Virus record (IMG/VR): IMGVR_UViG_3300045410_000061
Coordinates: 1-44,571 of that record
Strand: one strand, 5' to 3'
DNA: 44,571 nt
DNA from: a virus
Lineage: Duplodnaviria > Caudoviricetes
Position numbers and translations under genes: made by a program
The notes under the pieces: model-generated
Databases searched by the model: none
What the model saw: the letters and a program-made list of their open reading frames with translations, nothing else
Told to the model about the DNA's origin: nothing
In this document: piece by piece, positions 9,607 to 19,383 of the stretch
Layout of the letters: every line of letters begins with the position of its first letter
How positions within the stretch are numbered: the first letter of the stretch is position 1

Positions 9607-10512
9607 ATGGCGTCCCCGACAATCGGCTGGCAAGAAAAGATCGGCGCTGGCGTCACCGGAAGCGCGGTCACCAAGCAGTACGAGTGGCAATCCGGCGACA
9701 TGAAGCGCCGCGACGCGCACTTGCAGAGCGACGGCCCGCGCGGAACGCGAGATCCCTTGAGCGACAACGTCGTCAAGGTCACGGAGGACTGCGAAGGCAC
9801 GCTGGTATTCCGGCCCGATTCAGTCGAGCTGGATTTCCTGCTGCCCTATATCCTGGGCACCGCCGAGAGCGCCGACGTATTCGCCTTGGCGGATCTGTTG
9901 ACCACGGTGGGCGCGCTGCGGATCAGCCGAGACCGCGTGCGGAAGCGGTATCACTACGATGGCGTCTACGTGGACCGGGCGGTGTTTCGCTCGCGCGAAG
10001 GCGGGCCGCTGGAGATGGAATTGACGTTGGTGGGCACCAGCGAAACGGAAGATTCCAACGCGTTCCCGACGTTGACCATCTCGATCATCAAGCCGTACAT
10101 CCACTCGGAAGGCGTCTGGAAGATGGGCAACGTGACCTATTCCGGTGCAGTCCGCGAATCGGTAATCACGATCAACAACTTCCTGTCGCGGGACTTCCGG
10201 GCCAACTCGTTGACGCTGTCGCATATCGTCCCGCTGGACCGCGAAATCACGCTCGGATTGCGGATGAAGTCCAGCTCGGATGAGGACGCGTTGTACGACG
10301 TGGCAATCGCTGGGCTGACGACGAATACGGTGAAGTACACGAAGTCGAACCGTTCGTTGCAGTTCACGTTCGGCGCGCTGCAAAAGCCGACCGAATCGGA
10401 AGAGTTCCAGGGTCGGCGGACGGTGGCTTTGATGCCGCTCAATTTCGTGGCCCGTTCCATTTCTGGCGGGCTGCCTTCACTCTCAGTCACCAATGACAGC
10501 ACCGAGGTCTAA
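9607..10512 (+). CDS. Tail tube (major tail) protein
   Basis: GGAGG RBS, 301 aa, beta-rich, directly upstream of the chaperone and tape-measure genes. Confidence 0.75.
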   Translation: MASPTIGWQEKIGAGVTGSAVTKQYEWQSGDMKRRDAHLQSDGPRGTRDPLSDNVVKVTEDCEGTLVFRPDSVELDFLLPYILGTAESADVFALADLLTTVGALRISRDRVRKRYHYDGVYVDRAVFRSREGGPLEMELTLVGTSETEDSNAFPTLTISIIKPYIHSEGVWKMGNVTYSGAVRESVITINNFLSRDFRANSLTLSHIVPLDREITLGLRMKSSSDEDALYDVAIAGLTTNTVKYTKSNRSLQFTFGALQKPTESEEFQGRRTVALMPLNFVARSISGGLPSLSVTNDSTEV

Positions 10513-10522
10513 TAGGAGTCTC

Positions 10523-10960
10523 ATGTACGACGTTGACTTTATCCAAGATGGCTACGTGCGCGATTTCTACATCGCGCCGGTGAAGGGGCTGCACAAGGAG
10601 ATTCGCGGGAAGTTCCGGCCCATGCTGCCGCAAGACGCGTCGGCTTTGGTTGATGCCCTGCGCGAAAGCGAAGAGAAATATTTTGGCGTGGCGGCGGCGG
10701 CCATTGCGCCCTTCGTCGTGGAATGGTCGCTCGTGGACGCCAAGGGCGGCAAGCGGCCCATCGGGCACGACACTCTGTTGCGCGTCCCGCGGCGGGCGTT
10801 GCAGCGGTTAATCGACATCGTGAGTGGCTTCGCGGCCACGGACATCGATCCGCAGTGGGCGCCGGAACAACGCAACGAAGCGAACCACACGGCTTACGCC
10901 TCGGTGAAGTCCCGCGTTTCACCGGGTGAAGCGGCGCTGGCGGCCGACACAAAAAACTAA
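10523..10960 (+). CDS. Tail assembly chaperone (gpG-like)
   Basis: AGGAG RBS, between tube and tape-measure genes, ends in the slippery heptamer A AAA AAC. Confidence 0.75.
   Translation: MYDVDFIQDGYVRDFYIAPVKGLHKEIRGKFRPMLPQDASALVDALRESEEKYFGVAAAAIAPFVVEWSLVDAKGGKRPIGHDTLLRVPRRALQRLIDIVSGFAATDIDPQWAPEQRNEANHTAYASVKSRVSPGEAALAADTKN
10951..10957 (+). other. Programmed -1 frameshift site
   Basis: A AAA AAC immediately before TAA; the -1 frame reads directly into ORF 10960-11433. Confidence 0.75.
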
Positions 10961-11433
10961 TGGGCGGGCTGACGCTGCTGGAACACTTCCCAGTGTTGGC
11001 CCGCCTCCCGTGTGCGGAGTGCCAGACGTACCGCATCGACTACGACTGGGAGCACCACCGGGGCACTGGCAATCGCGAGAAGAGCTGCGGCGAAGATTGG
11101 AAACGCGAAGGCCCGGACCTGCCGATTTGCATGAATCCGGACGGCAGTAAGGCCTTGGACGAGCACGGCGCGGCGCGGTGTCCCAAGGGGCATCCGCGCG
11201 AAGAACACGAAAGCCGGTTGTCGCCGCGGAACCGGGCGACGTTGGAAATCTATCAGCAGGTGCAAGCCACGAATGGGGCCTGTCTTACCGAGCAGATGCG
11301 GCGGGACAAACTGCTGATGCGGAACCTATCGATCGTACACCGCGTGGTTGAAGCGGCGCGTCAGCAGCAGGCGGCGAAACAGATGGGCGATTACGTCGGG
11401 CTGGCCGTGGCACGGTTGTTTGCGGAGAAATAA
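10960..11433 (+). CDS. gpT-like frameshift extension of the tail chaperone (Cys-containing)
   Basis: In the -1 frame relative to the upstream ORF and abuts the tape-measure gene. Confidence 0.7.
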   Translation: MGGLTLLEHFPVLARLPCAECQTYRIDYDWEHHRGTGNREKSCGEDWKREGPDLPICMNPDGSKALDEHGAARCPKGHPREEHESRLSPRNRATLEIYQQVQATNGACLTEQMRRDKLLMRNLSIVHRVVEAARQQQAAKQMGDYVGLAVARLFAEK

Positions 11434-13382
11434 TGCCCACCGAACGCGAGATCATCTACTGGCTGCGCGCCCGCGTACACCCGTCGTCCGAAGCCGAGAC
11501 GCGGCGGATGGAAGAGCTCGTCCGCAAAGGGCAGTCCGGCGGCGCAGGCGGGGCGGCGAACGGAGCCGGGGCCACAGCGGCGACGCAGCAGCAAGAGCGG
11601 TTGGCACGTGCCACCGAGGCGACGGCGAAGGCCACCTCGGCGCAGGCCGGCGCGCTGAAGGAAAACGAAGAGCGGCTGAAAAAAGTAGCGGAAGCCAGCG
11701 CGAAAGTCACGGACGGATTCCTGATGGCGTCCGAAGGCGCGCTGAAGATGGGCCGCGGCATCGCCGTCCTGGGGCTGGTTGGCGAAGAGGATCTGAAGAA
11801 GCTGACGGACGGGCTGCTGAAGATCCAAGGTGGCTTCGACTTGCTGAAGGGCGGCGTCGAAGTCTGGCGCGGGCTGACTGCGGCGGCGAATACGTATCGG
11901 GCGTCGCTGGCCGGCGTGGCGGCGGCATCGGCGGCGGCGAGCACCGTAGGGGCGGCTGGCGCGGCGGGTGGGGCGGCTGCGGCTGGTGGGGCGGGGGCGC
12001 TTGGGGCAGTTGCCTCAATCCTCATCAATCCGTTAACGCTCACTGCGGCTGCCGTAGCGGCTTTAGGAGCAGCCGCGATATACGCATCGAACAAAATTGA
12101 GAGATTGGCGGCAGAAGGCAAGGATCCGCTTAAAGATTCTTTGTTTGGGAGTTTCAGCGGTTTCGGCAACAGGACGGAAGGTGTTGGAACATCGCTCAGT
12201 ATCGCGGATGCCCTACAAGGTGGTGCAGGCGCCATTGGATTAGGACCATTGGCAAATGACATCGACCCAACAACTGGAATTGTCGAGCTTCGCCGCCGTT
12301 CTCGTGAAAGCGGAGAGAGTCTTAGCGGACAAGACGCTCGAAGACAATCCGCTATTTCCGTTCGCGACCGTGAAGCCGCCCGTCGCATCCAAGACTTCGA
12401 CCTTGAGCGCGGGCTGCGGGCGCAGGGCGGCGACCTGGACGTGCAACGGGCACGGCTAGGATTGAGCGGCGCTGCTGCCGGCCTGGCCGGCAACGCTGTA
12501 TCGACCCAAGCGGCACAAGGCGATCTGTCTGTCGCCGGGGCACGGCAAGCCGACATCCTCCGCCGCCGGGCGCTGGCGTCGCGTACAGGCGACGTATCGC
12601 AAGCCCCGACCCGCGACGAAGAAATCCAGGCGAATCAAGCGATCATCGACGCCCGAAAGCAACTTCTGCAATTGGACCAAGAGCGATTCGACCTGACCAA
12701 GCAAGCCGCACAGGAGGAAAAGGCCGCGGCGGTTGACGTGCTGCGGACGGAGCAAAAAGGCGCGCAGGTCCAGCAAGAGGCGGCACAGAAGAACCTGGAG
12801 GCGGCACGGGCGGAACTGGACTTGCGCAAGTCAGCTTTGGAGGCGGCGGAAAGCGCCGTCAACGCCGCAGTCCGGGCACGCGAAAGCGACGTGGAGAAGT
12901 TCGGCCGGTCCAGTCCCTTCGAGCAAGAGCAGCTTCGCAGCGCGGCGCGGAAGCTGGCGGCCGGGCAGGAGCTTTCCGGGGCGGAGCTTTCCGCGGCGGA
13001 AGGCACCAACCGTTTCCGCGAGCAAGCACGGCAACAGCGAGTGCGGGCTGGATTCGCGGCTGGCGGTGGCGACGTGTTCGGCGAAGACGAAGTCGGCCGG
13101 CTGGAAAACAATCTGGCCAACGCCCAAGCCCGCTTCGGGCAGCAGCATGGGCGAGTCAACCAGGCCCAAGGGCAGGTCAATCTGACGGCTGCCGTGACCG
13201 CGGCCGTGACCAACAAAATCGAGGTGGCGCTGAAGACGGAAGTGCAAGTCGACCCGGCGCAGTTCGAGGCGGCCGTGCGGACTCAACTCGACGCGATCAA
13301 CGCCGCCAACGAGCGGGCAATCGTCTTGCTGCGGGACCAGATGAACGAAAACTTCGCCCGCCTGGCGACGGGGAAAAACTAA
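11433..13382 (+). CDS. Tape measure protein
   Basis: 649 aa, Ala/Gly-rich, helical and coiled-coil character, follows the chaperone pair. Confidence 0.8.
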   Translation: MPTEREIIYWLRARVHPSSEAETRRMEELVRKGQSGGAGGAANGAGATAATQQQERLARATEATAKATSAQAGALKENEERLKKVAEASAKVTDGFLMASEGALKMGRGIAVLGLVGEEDLKKLTDGLLKIQGGFDLLKGGVEVWRGLTAAANTYRASLAGVAAASAAASTVGAAGAAGGAAAAGGAGALGAVASILINPLTLTAAAVAALGAAAIYASNKIERLAAEGKDPLKDSLFGSFSGFGNRTEGVGTSLSIADALQGGAGAIGLGPLANDIDPTTGIVELRRRSRESGESLSGQDARRQSAISVRDREAARRIQDFDLERGLRAQGGDLDVQRARLGLSGAAAGLAGNAVSTQAAQGDLSVAGARQADILRRRALASRTGDVSQAPTRDEEIQANQAIIDARKQLLQLDQERFDLTKQAAQEEKAAAVDVLRTEQKGAQVQQEAAQKNLEAARAELDLRKSALEAAESAVNAAVRARESDVEKFGRSSPFEQEQLRSAARKLAAGQELSGAELSAAEGTNRFREQARQQRVRAGFAAGGGDVFGEDEVGRLENNLANAQARFGQQHGRVNQAQGQVNLTAAVTAAVTNKIEVALKTEVQVDPAQFEAAVRTQLDAINAANERAIVLLRDQMNENFARLATGKN

Positions 13383-13759
13383 TGCTTTCGCTCGTCGTCA
13401 CGCTTGCGGCGATTGGAGTCTTCCAGGGCGGTGGCGATGCGCCGCAGATACCAGAAAAGCGTAGCTGTGACAATGAACGCACCAAAGCCAATAACGGCTA
13501 TCTCGATGCCGTATATTTCGGCGACAACAAACACGAACGGGGAAGCAAGCATCGCAAGCAGGACGAACGCGAAAATTGCTGTTCCTGCACCTGCGTTGCC
13601 GGTTTCGATCTTCCAGCTTCCGCCGTTACGATTGAGCCAAATTGCCACGCTGATACCAAGGATGATAACCAGCGGGATAGCAAAAGCTGGCCCAATCAAG
13701 GCATCCGCAAAGAGAAAAACGACGATCAAGACTATCGCGGAAAGAAAACCGTTCGACAT
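13379..13759 (-). CDS. Antisense moron: membrane protein with about 4 TM segments (126 aa)
   Basis: GGAGG RBS on the minus strand, MSNGFLSAIVL... with four hydrophobic segments and a basic tail, lower GC than neighbours. Confidence 0.7.
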   Translation of the reverse strand: MSNGFLSAIVLIVVFLFADALIGPAFAIPLVIILGISVAIWLNRNGGSWKIETGNAGAGTAIFAFVLLAMLASPFVFVVAEIYGIEIAVIGFGAFIVTATLFWYLRRIATALEDSNRRKRDDERKH

Positions 13760-13837
13760 TTCCCCCTCCCCCTGTATTCGCCCCGCCGCGCCGATTATTG
13801 CTCCGCTGCGCCGGCAACGCAAGCGAGGGGGTGGTGA

Positions 13838-14563
13838 ATGGCCTCTTTTGCCATCTACGGCGGCTATAGCCACCGGCCCGGCACGGTCAACGTGTCGGTC
13901 GTTTCGCGCGTCCTGGAGACCGAGCAGCAACAGCCGTATGCGACCCTCAAGCAAGTCACACTGGACGGCGTCCTGCTTTCGACGCACGGCAGTATATCTA
14001 CGCAGGCCTCGGCGCTCGAATCAGCTTATGCGGTCAATGGCCGCAATTTCTCGTTCTTCCATCACACGATCCGCAGCTCGTCCGCGCTGGGAGGCGTCCG
14101 CGTACTGGAGGTGGCGTTCCCTGATGGCGGGCGATCTGCCTACGTCACGACGCTACCCTTTCGGATTATTCTCGAAGCGGAAGTCCCGGTGACGAACGCG
14201 GCAAATATCCTGCGATCGTTCAGCGAGACGCTTGAATTCGCCGAGCCGGATCCCATTTTCGGCTTCACGCATCCCATCAACGGGCTATCGCGCCGGCAGC
14301 GGACCCGCACGCATTCGTTCTACCGCGCGACGCAAGCGGGCAACGCCGTGGGATACCTGCGGCAGCCGAACCTGGCGACGATCACTCGCCCCATCTGGCC
14401 GGCGCTGCTGCTGAGCACGGAACGCCCGGCGCTGACTGTGACGAGCCCCAAGCCGCGGTTCAACGGACGCGGATTCGACCAGACGGATTTCTCGATTCAG
14501 TGGCGATGGCAGTTCGCGTCCGCGCTGCCGTTCACCGGCCAACCGCATCAGCTGACGAGGTAG
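13838..14563 (+). CDS. Putative distal tail protein
   Basis: First plus-strand tail gene after the tape measure; 241 aa. Confidence 0.55.
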   Translation: MASFAIYGGYSHRPGTVNVSVVSRVLETEQQQPYATLKQVTLDGVLLSTHGSISTQASALESAYAVNGRNFSFFHHTIRSSSALGGVRVLEVAFPDGGRSAYVTTLPFRIILEAEVPVTNAANILRSFSETLEFAEPDPIFGFTHPINGLSRRQRTRTHSFYRATQAGNAVGYLRQPNLATITRPIWPALLLSTERPALTVTSPKPRFNGRGFDQTDFSIQWRWQFASALPFTGQPHQLTR

Positions 14564-14566
14564 AAA

Positions 14567-17398
14567 ATGGCCACCCGTTCGTTCTTGGGAAACGCCCTAG
14601 CCATCGCGGACGTGTGGACCTACACGCCCGCGAATCCAGAACCCGGCGACGTGTTCACCGTTTCGATCAACGATAAGGACGCATCCTACACCGTCATTGC
14701 CGGCGACGGCGTGGACGAGGTGGTAGCGGGGCTTGTGACCGCCATCGAAGCGTTGCAAGCTCAAGGCGTCGGCGAGTGGCGGGAAGTCGAAGTAGCGGCC
14801 GGGCTGGACGCTAACGACGCCACCGCGTTGGTCATCACCGGCAGCACGGCCGGCGTGCCGATCGTGGTCACCGGATCGACTGCCGACAGCGGCAACTTCG
14901 GCGTGACGATCACTGTGCTGACGGACGGCTCGCCCGGCGTCAACCAGGTGCAGACGATTCGCTTGCCGGCGGCTACCAGCGGCGGCACGTTCACGATTAC
15001 ATTCAGCGGCCAGACCACGGGCAACATCGCTTGGAACGCATCGGCGGCTACCGTGCTGGCGGCATTGGAGGCACTGAGTAATATCGCGTCGGGAGACGTA
15101 ATCGTAGCGAAGATCGGGCTGACGTGGACGGTGGAATTCACGCAAGCCTTTGCGGCTACGACCGTCCCGCTGATGACCGGCGACGGCACGCTGCTGACCG
15201 GGGCGGCGACGATCTCGCATGCAACTGTGACCCAAGGGAAGCCTGGCACAAACGAAGTGCAGACGTTGACGGTATCGGACTTTAGCGCGAGCTATCGCCT
15301 GCGCATCGCACAACTTAGTGGGACCGCGTCGAACACAGACATCATCGTCGGAGTGGCCACGGCCGCCAGCGTGCAAGCCGAAATTGAAGCAATCATTGGG
15401 GCTGGCAACGTCTTAGTGACTTCGACGGATCCAACGGCTACCAGTCGCGTTTACACGATCGCTTTTCAGGGCTCCTATGGATCGGCAAACATCACAGAGA
15501 TGATCGTATTGGCCGATTCGGGGACCGCGCCAACTATCGTTACGACTACGCAGGGCAGCGCAACCGCCACACCGGAAGTGCAAACCGTCACGCTCAATGA
15601 CGGGCCGATTGCCGGCACCTACACGCTGACATTCGAGACTGAGACCACGGGCGCGATTCCTTTCGACGACTCCGGCGCCACAATCAAGAGCGAACTGGAA
15701 TTGCTGACTGGCGTTACGACTGTCACCGTGACGAAAACCGGCACGCTGCCGAACCAGGTGGTCTACCAAGTGACCTTCGACGATCCGGGCAACCGCGACC
15801 TGGGGCAGATGACTTCTACCAATAGCCTGACGGGCAGCAACGTCTACGCCAGCATCACAACCGCCGCATCGGCCGCGACGGACGAACGCCAGCGCGTGAC
15901 GCTGGCCACCGGCACTTCCGGCGGGACGCTGACATTGACCTACTCCGGCCAGACTACGGCTAACATACCCTGGGACGCCACGGCGTTTGAAGTCCGCGAT
16001 GCGCTGTGTGATTTGTCCAATATCGCCGGCACGGACGAAGTGCAGGAAGTGGAAGTCGTTGGCGCAAGCTCTGGCGATCTCACGCTGGATCTGGACGGCA
16101 ACACGACCGCGGCGATTGCCTTTGACGCCGCGGCCAGTGCCGTGCAATCCGCGTTGGAAGCGTTGCCGAACATCGAAGTCGGCGACGTCGTCTGCGCCGG
16201 CGGGCCGCTCAACACCAGCCCGGTCACCGTGACGTTCCGCGCCAATCTCGGGCGGCAAGGCGTCTCGGAAATGACCGTGGTGGACAGCACGGACGGCACG
16301 GCCACCAACACGACCACGACGGCGGGAGTGGCGGCCGAAGTCTCGGTATCCGGCAACGACGGCGGGCCGTGGACCGTGCGATTCGTCGAAGGACTGGGCT
16401 CGGAAGACGTGGCCGCGCTGACTGGCGACGGGACGCTCCTCACCGGCGGCGGCTCGCAAGACGTGACCGTGACCAACGAGACCATGGCCACCGGGCCGAA
16501 TTTCTGGAGCAACGCGGACAACTGGAGCGGGGCCGCCGTGCCCGTCAACTCCGACGACGTAATTATTGAGGACACCGACGTGCCGATCCTGTACGGGCTG
16601 GCGCAGTCGGCCGTGACGCTGGCCAGCCTGAAAATCAAGCCCACGTACCGCGGTTTCATCGGGCTGCCGGAGCGCAACGGCAACGGCGGCTACAACGAGT
16701 ACCGCGCGACCTACCTGGCTATCTCGGCTACGACCATCGACATCGACGCGCCCAACGTCACCCGCATCAAGATCGATACAGGCTCGGTGCAGACGGCGAT
16801 CACATGCCTGGCCACCGGCTTTTCTCAGGACGAAGGGCTGCCGGCGTTTCTGTGGAAGGGCACGAACGCTTCCAACGCTTGCAATATCTACGCGGGTAGC
16901 TTCGGGCCTGCGGTGTTGGCCGGCGAAGTGGCTACGCTATTGACGCTGAAACAGGGGCATGCGGGAGATCCGGAGCGGGACACCGACGTACTGCTGGGCA
17001 TCAGCGTGACGCTTGGCACGTACACGAAGGACGGCGGCACGGCCACTGTGCATTGCGGCATGACGACGTTTACGCAGACCGTTGGCGAGACGCTGTTCAC
17101 CGATGCGGCCGGGGCCATCACGACGGCCAATATCCGCGGCGGGCTGGTGCTCGACGCCAGCGAAGGTACGTGGACGACGTTGAACGTCAGCCAAGGCGCT
17201 GGCTACGACGCCAGCCGGACGACCAAGGCCAAGACGATCGCCGACACCAACGTGTACACGGAAGGCACGCTGTTCCGCGACCCGCACAAGCGAGTCACGT
17301 TCACGAACGACATCCAGTGGTTCGGGCGGTTTTCGCTGGCGGCGTTCCGCGAGCTGGACCTGGGGGCCAACATCGACTTCAAACCGGCGGCGATTTAA
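14567..17398 (+). CDS. Large repetitive tail structural protein
   Basis: 943 aa, Thr/Gly-rich, about 5 repeats of 'EVQTV...GT.TLT..G.TT..I.(W/F)DA.A..V..ALEAL.NI'. Confidence 0.65.
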   Translation: MATRSFLGNALAIADVWTYTPANPEPGDVFTVSINDKDASYTVIAGDGVDEVVAGLVTAIEALQAQGVGEWREVEVAAGLDANDATALVITGSTAGVPIVVTGSTADSGNFGVTITVLTDGSPGVNQVQTIRLPAATSGGTFTITFSGQTTGNIAWNASAATVLAALEALSNIASGDVIVAKIGLTWTVEFTQAFAATTVPLMTGDGTLLTGAATISHATVTQGKPGTNEVQTLTVSDFSASYRLRIAQLSGTASNTDIIVGVATAASVQAEIEAIIGAGNVLVTSTDPTATSRVYTIAFQGSYGSANITEMIVLADSGTAPTIVTTTQGSATATPEVQTVTLNDGPIAGTYTLTFETETTGAIPFDDSGATIKSELELLTGVTTVTVTKTGTLPNQVVYQVTFDDPGNRDLGQMTSTNSLTGSNVYASITTAASAATDERQRVTLATGTSGGTLTLTYSGQTTANIPWDATAFEVRDALCDLSNIAGTDEVQEVEVVGASSGDLTLDLDGNTTAAIAFDAAASAVQSALEALPNIEVGDVVCAGGPLNTSPVTVTFRANLGRQGVSEMTVVDSTDGTATNTTTTAGVAAEVSVSGNDGGPWTVRFVEGLGSEDVAALTGDGTLLTGGGSQDVTVTNETMATGPNFWSNADNWSGAAVPVNSDDVIIEDTDVPILYGLAQSAVTLASLKIKPTYRGFIGLPERNGNGGYNEYRATYLAISATTIDIDAPNVTRIKIDTGSVQTAITCLATGFSQDEGLPAFLWKGTNASNACNIYAGSFGPAVLAGEVATLLTLKQGHAGDPERDTDVLLGISVTLGTYTKDGGTATVHCGMTTFTQTVGETLFTDAAGAITTANIRGGLVLDASEGTWTTLNVSQGAGYDASRTTKAKTIADTNVYTEGTLFRDPHKRVTFTNDIQWFGRFSLAAFRELDLGANIDFKPAAI

Positions 17399-19383
17399 TG
17401 GCGGATCCCCAAGGTCTCTTTCACTGGCCTGGCGTCGATGCGATCTTGCCGGGCTCGCGGTATACAGACATCCGCGGCATCCAGCCGGGCTACGCGCAAC
17501 TCTACACCGTGCCGGACGCCTACTTCGCACACGGCGGCACAATGGCTATGACGTTCGGCAGCACGCGGATCCTGCGCGTCGATTGCAAGGCGGACATCGT
17601 AGCGGCCCAGCGGCGCGGCGATGGCACGACCGTGTTCCAAATCAAGATCCTGGACCGCCGCTGGAAATGGGAGACGATGGGGCGGATCTCGGGACACTAC
17701 AACATCCGCGAGAAAGTCGGGGACGTAGAGACGTTCGTGGAAGAATCGGAGCGCACGCCGCGGCAGTTGGCTGAACTGTGCCTGAAAGCACTGAATGAAA
17801 CCGGCTACGACTTGAGCGAGATGCCGAATCTGGTCCGGCCGCCCGTCCACTGGGATTACACGCGGCCGATCAAAGCGCTCGATGAAATCATGCAAGCCAC
17901 TGGGGCGACGTTGATCCTCCGCAACAACGCGCGGAACACGATCAAAATTATCCCCGTAGCCGAGCCGCCTGGCGTGCGCGGGCGTCCTCTGCCGCAAGAC
18001 AACAACCCGCCGGGGCCGCTGGTCACTCGTCAAGACATTGCCGTCGACCCGCCGGAGATCCCGGAAAGCATTCGGGCTTGCGTGCTGATTAAATTGCAAG
18101 TCGATTTGGAGCTGGAATGCGTGGCCGTGGATCTGGACGGCTCGATTGTCTCGGTAAACGACTTGAGCTATCTGCCGATCCAACTCCAAGGCCAGACGCT
18201 ACAGCAGTTGATCGACAGCACCGGCGCGGGACGCCGCCGCGACATTGCCAAAGCCGGCGTTCCGCCGGAGTGGATGAATCTGGAAAATCTCAAGGCACGG
18301 GACTTGGCTCGGCAGCACCTGCTCAAGATGTACCGGATCAAAGTCCCGTTCGACATTCCCGGCATCGGGCGGATGCGGCCGTATCGAGTCAAGCGGCTGG
18401 CCGAGATCCTGCCCATCGAAGGGCTGCAACTGGCCAAGAGCGCGGAGCGCAGGCTTGGCGGGAATCAGCAGCAAGGGCAGAACCAAATCGTGCAACTCGC
18501 CGCCCGGCAGCCGGCGCTTGTGTATGGGATCTGGTTCGATGAGCAAGAGACGCACGTGAACGTCATCGATAAGCTGGACCCCACTGTCATCGACGATTTG
18601 GAAGACGTCCTGCGATCCGATCCGCGGCAAGACGGGCGGCAGACCGGCTACTATCCGCACGGCTTCCAGCTCGATACCGAGCGCGGCATCGTGCGGTTCA
18701 GCCAGCCGGTTTATGCCACCGAATTCTACGACGATGCGACGGGCCGCGCAATCAAGTACGTCAGCAACAAGCCGGCTGAGCAAGGGCCAGTTAACGCCGC
18801 TGGCAACGAGCAACCGCGGCGTTGCGTCCCCGCAGTCTTGCGTTTGCGCACGACCATCAGCATCCGCAATCCCGACCCGCGAAAAGACTATCTCGGTTGG
18901 TTCCGCTATGAGCGCGAACGTCCTTTGGGCGGCGCGCGGTTCGGGCTTGGGCCGCAGTACGAAGTGTTCGACGAAATCGGCTATGAGGTCATCCCGACCT
19001 ACGACGTCAATTACCGCATCACGCGCACCACGGACAACAAGGAGCGGCTGGAACGCTATCTCGATTTGCGGCTGGACGAAATCGAAGCGAAGTACCAAGT
19101 ACAAGAACAGCGGTCCCTGGAGTACGACGGCTTTCTGCCGATCGAGTTATCGCCGTCGATCCGGCAAGTCGAGTATTTCATCGACTCGACCGGGCTGGCT
19201 TACACGCGTGCCGAGCGCAACAACGAAGACCGCACGTTCGTGGAGACTGAGGAACAGCGGCGGTTGCGTCAGGCCCTGCGCGAAGGCGCGGAGTTCCAGC
19301 GCAAGCCTCCGGAAGCGGCCAAGGTCAGACAGGACGGGCAGCAGATTGCGCCGCAGGGCGCGGGAGGGCTGCAACAGGCATGA
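17398..19383 (+). CDS. Putative tail tip / baseplate hub protein
   Basis: TAATG overlap, starts MADPQG, synteny. Confidence 0.55.
   Translation: MADPQGLFHWPGVDAILPGSRYTDIRGIQPGYAQLYTVPDAYFAHGGTMAMTFGSTRILRVDCKADIVAAQRRGDGTTVFQIKILDRRWKWETMGRISGHYNIREKVGDVETFVEESERTPRQLAELCLKALNETGYDLSEMPNLVRPPVHWDYTRPIKALDEIMQATGATLILRNNARNTIKIIPVAEPPGVRGRPLPQDNNPPGPLVTRQDIAVDPPEIPESIRACVLIKLQVDLELECVAVDLDGSIVSVNDLSYLPIQLQGQTLQQLIDSTGAGRRRDIAKAGVPPEWMNLENLKARDLARQHLLKMYRIKVPFDIPGIGRMRPYRVKRLAEILPIEGLQLAKSAERRLGGNQQQGQNQIVQLAARQPALVYGIWFDEQETHVNVIDKLDPTVIDDLEDVLRSDPRQDGRQTGYYPHGFQLDTERGIVRFSQPVYATEFYDDATGRAIKYVSNKPAEQGPVNAAGNEQPRRCVPAVLRLRTTISIRNPDPRKDYLGWFRYERERPLGGARFGLGPQYEVFDEIGYEVIPTYDVNYRITRTTDNKERLERYLDLRLDEIEAKYQVQEQRSLEYDGFLPIELSPSIRQVEYFIDSTGLAYTRAERNNEDRTFVETEEQRRLRQALREGAEFQRKPPEAAKVRQDGQQIAPQGAGGLQQA

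Noticed and set aside
13368-13384. Frameshift at the tape-measure end (GGG AAA AAC TAA TG)
   Set aside because: Not an in-frame X XXY YYZ heptamer, and the following plus-strand ORF 13382-13837 looks like the antisense shadow of the membrane gene.
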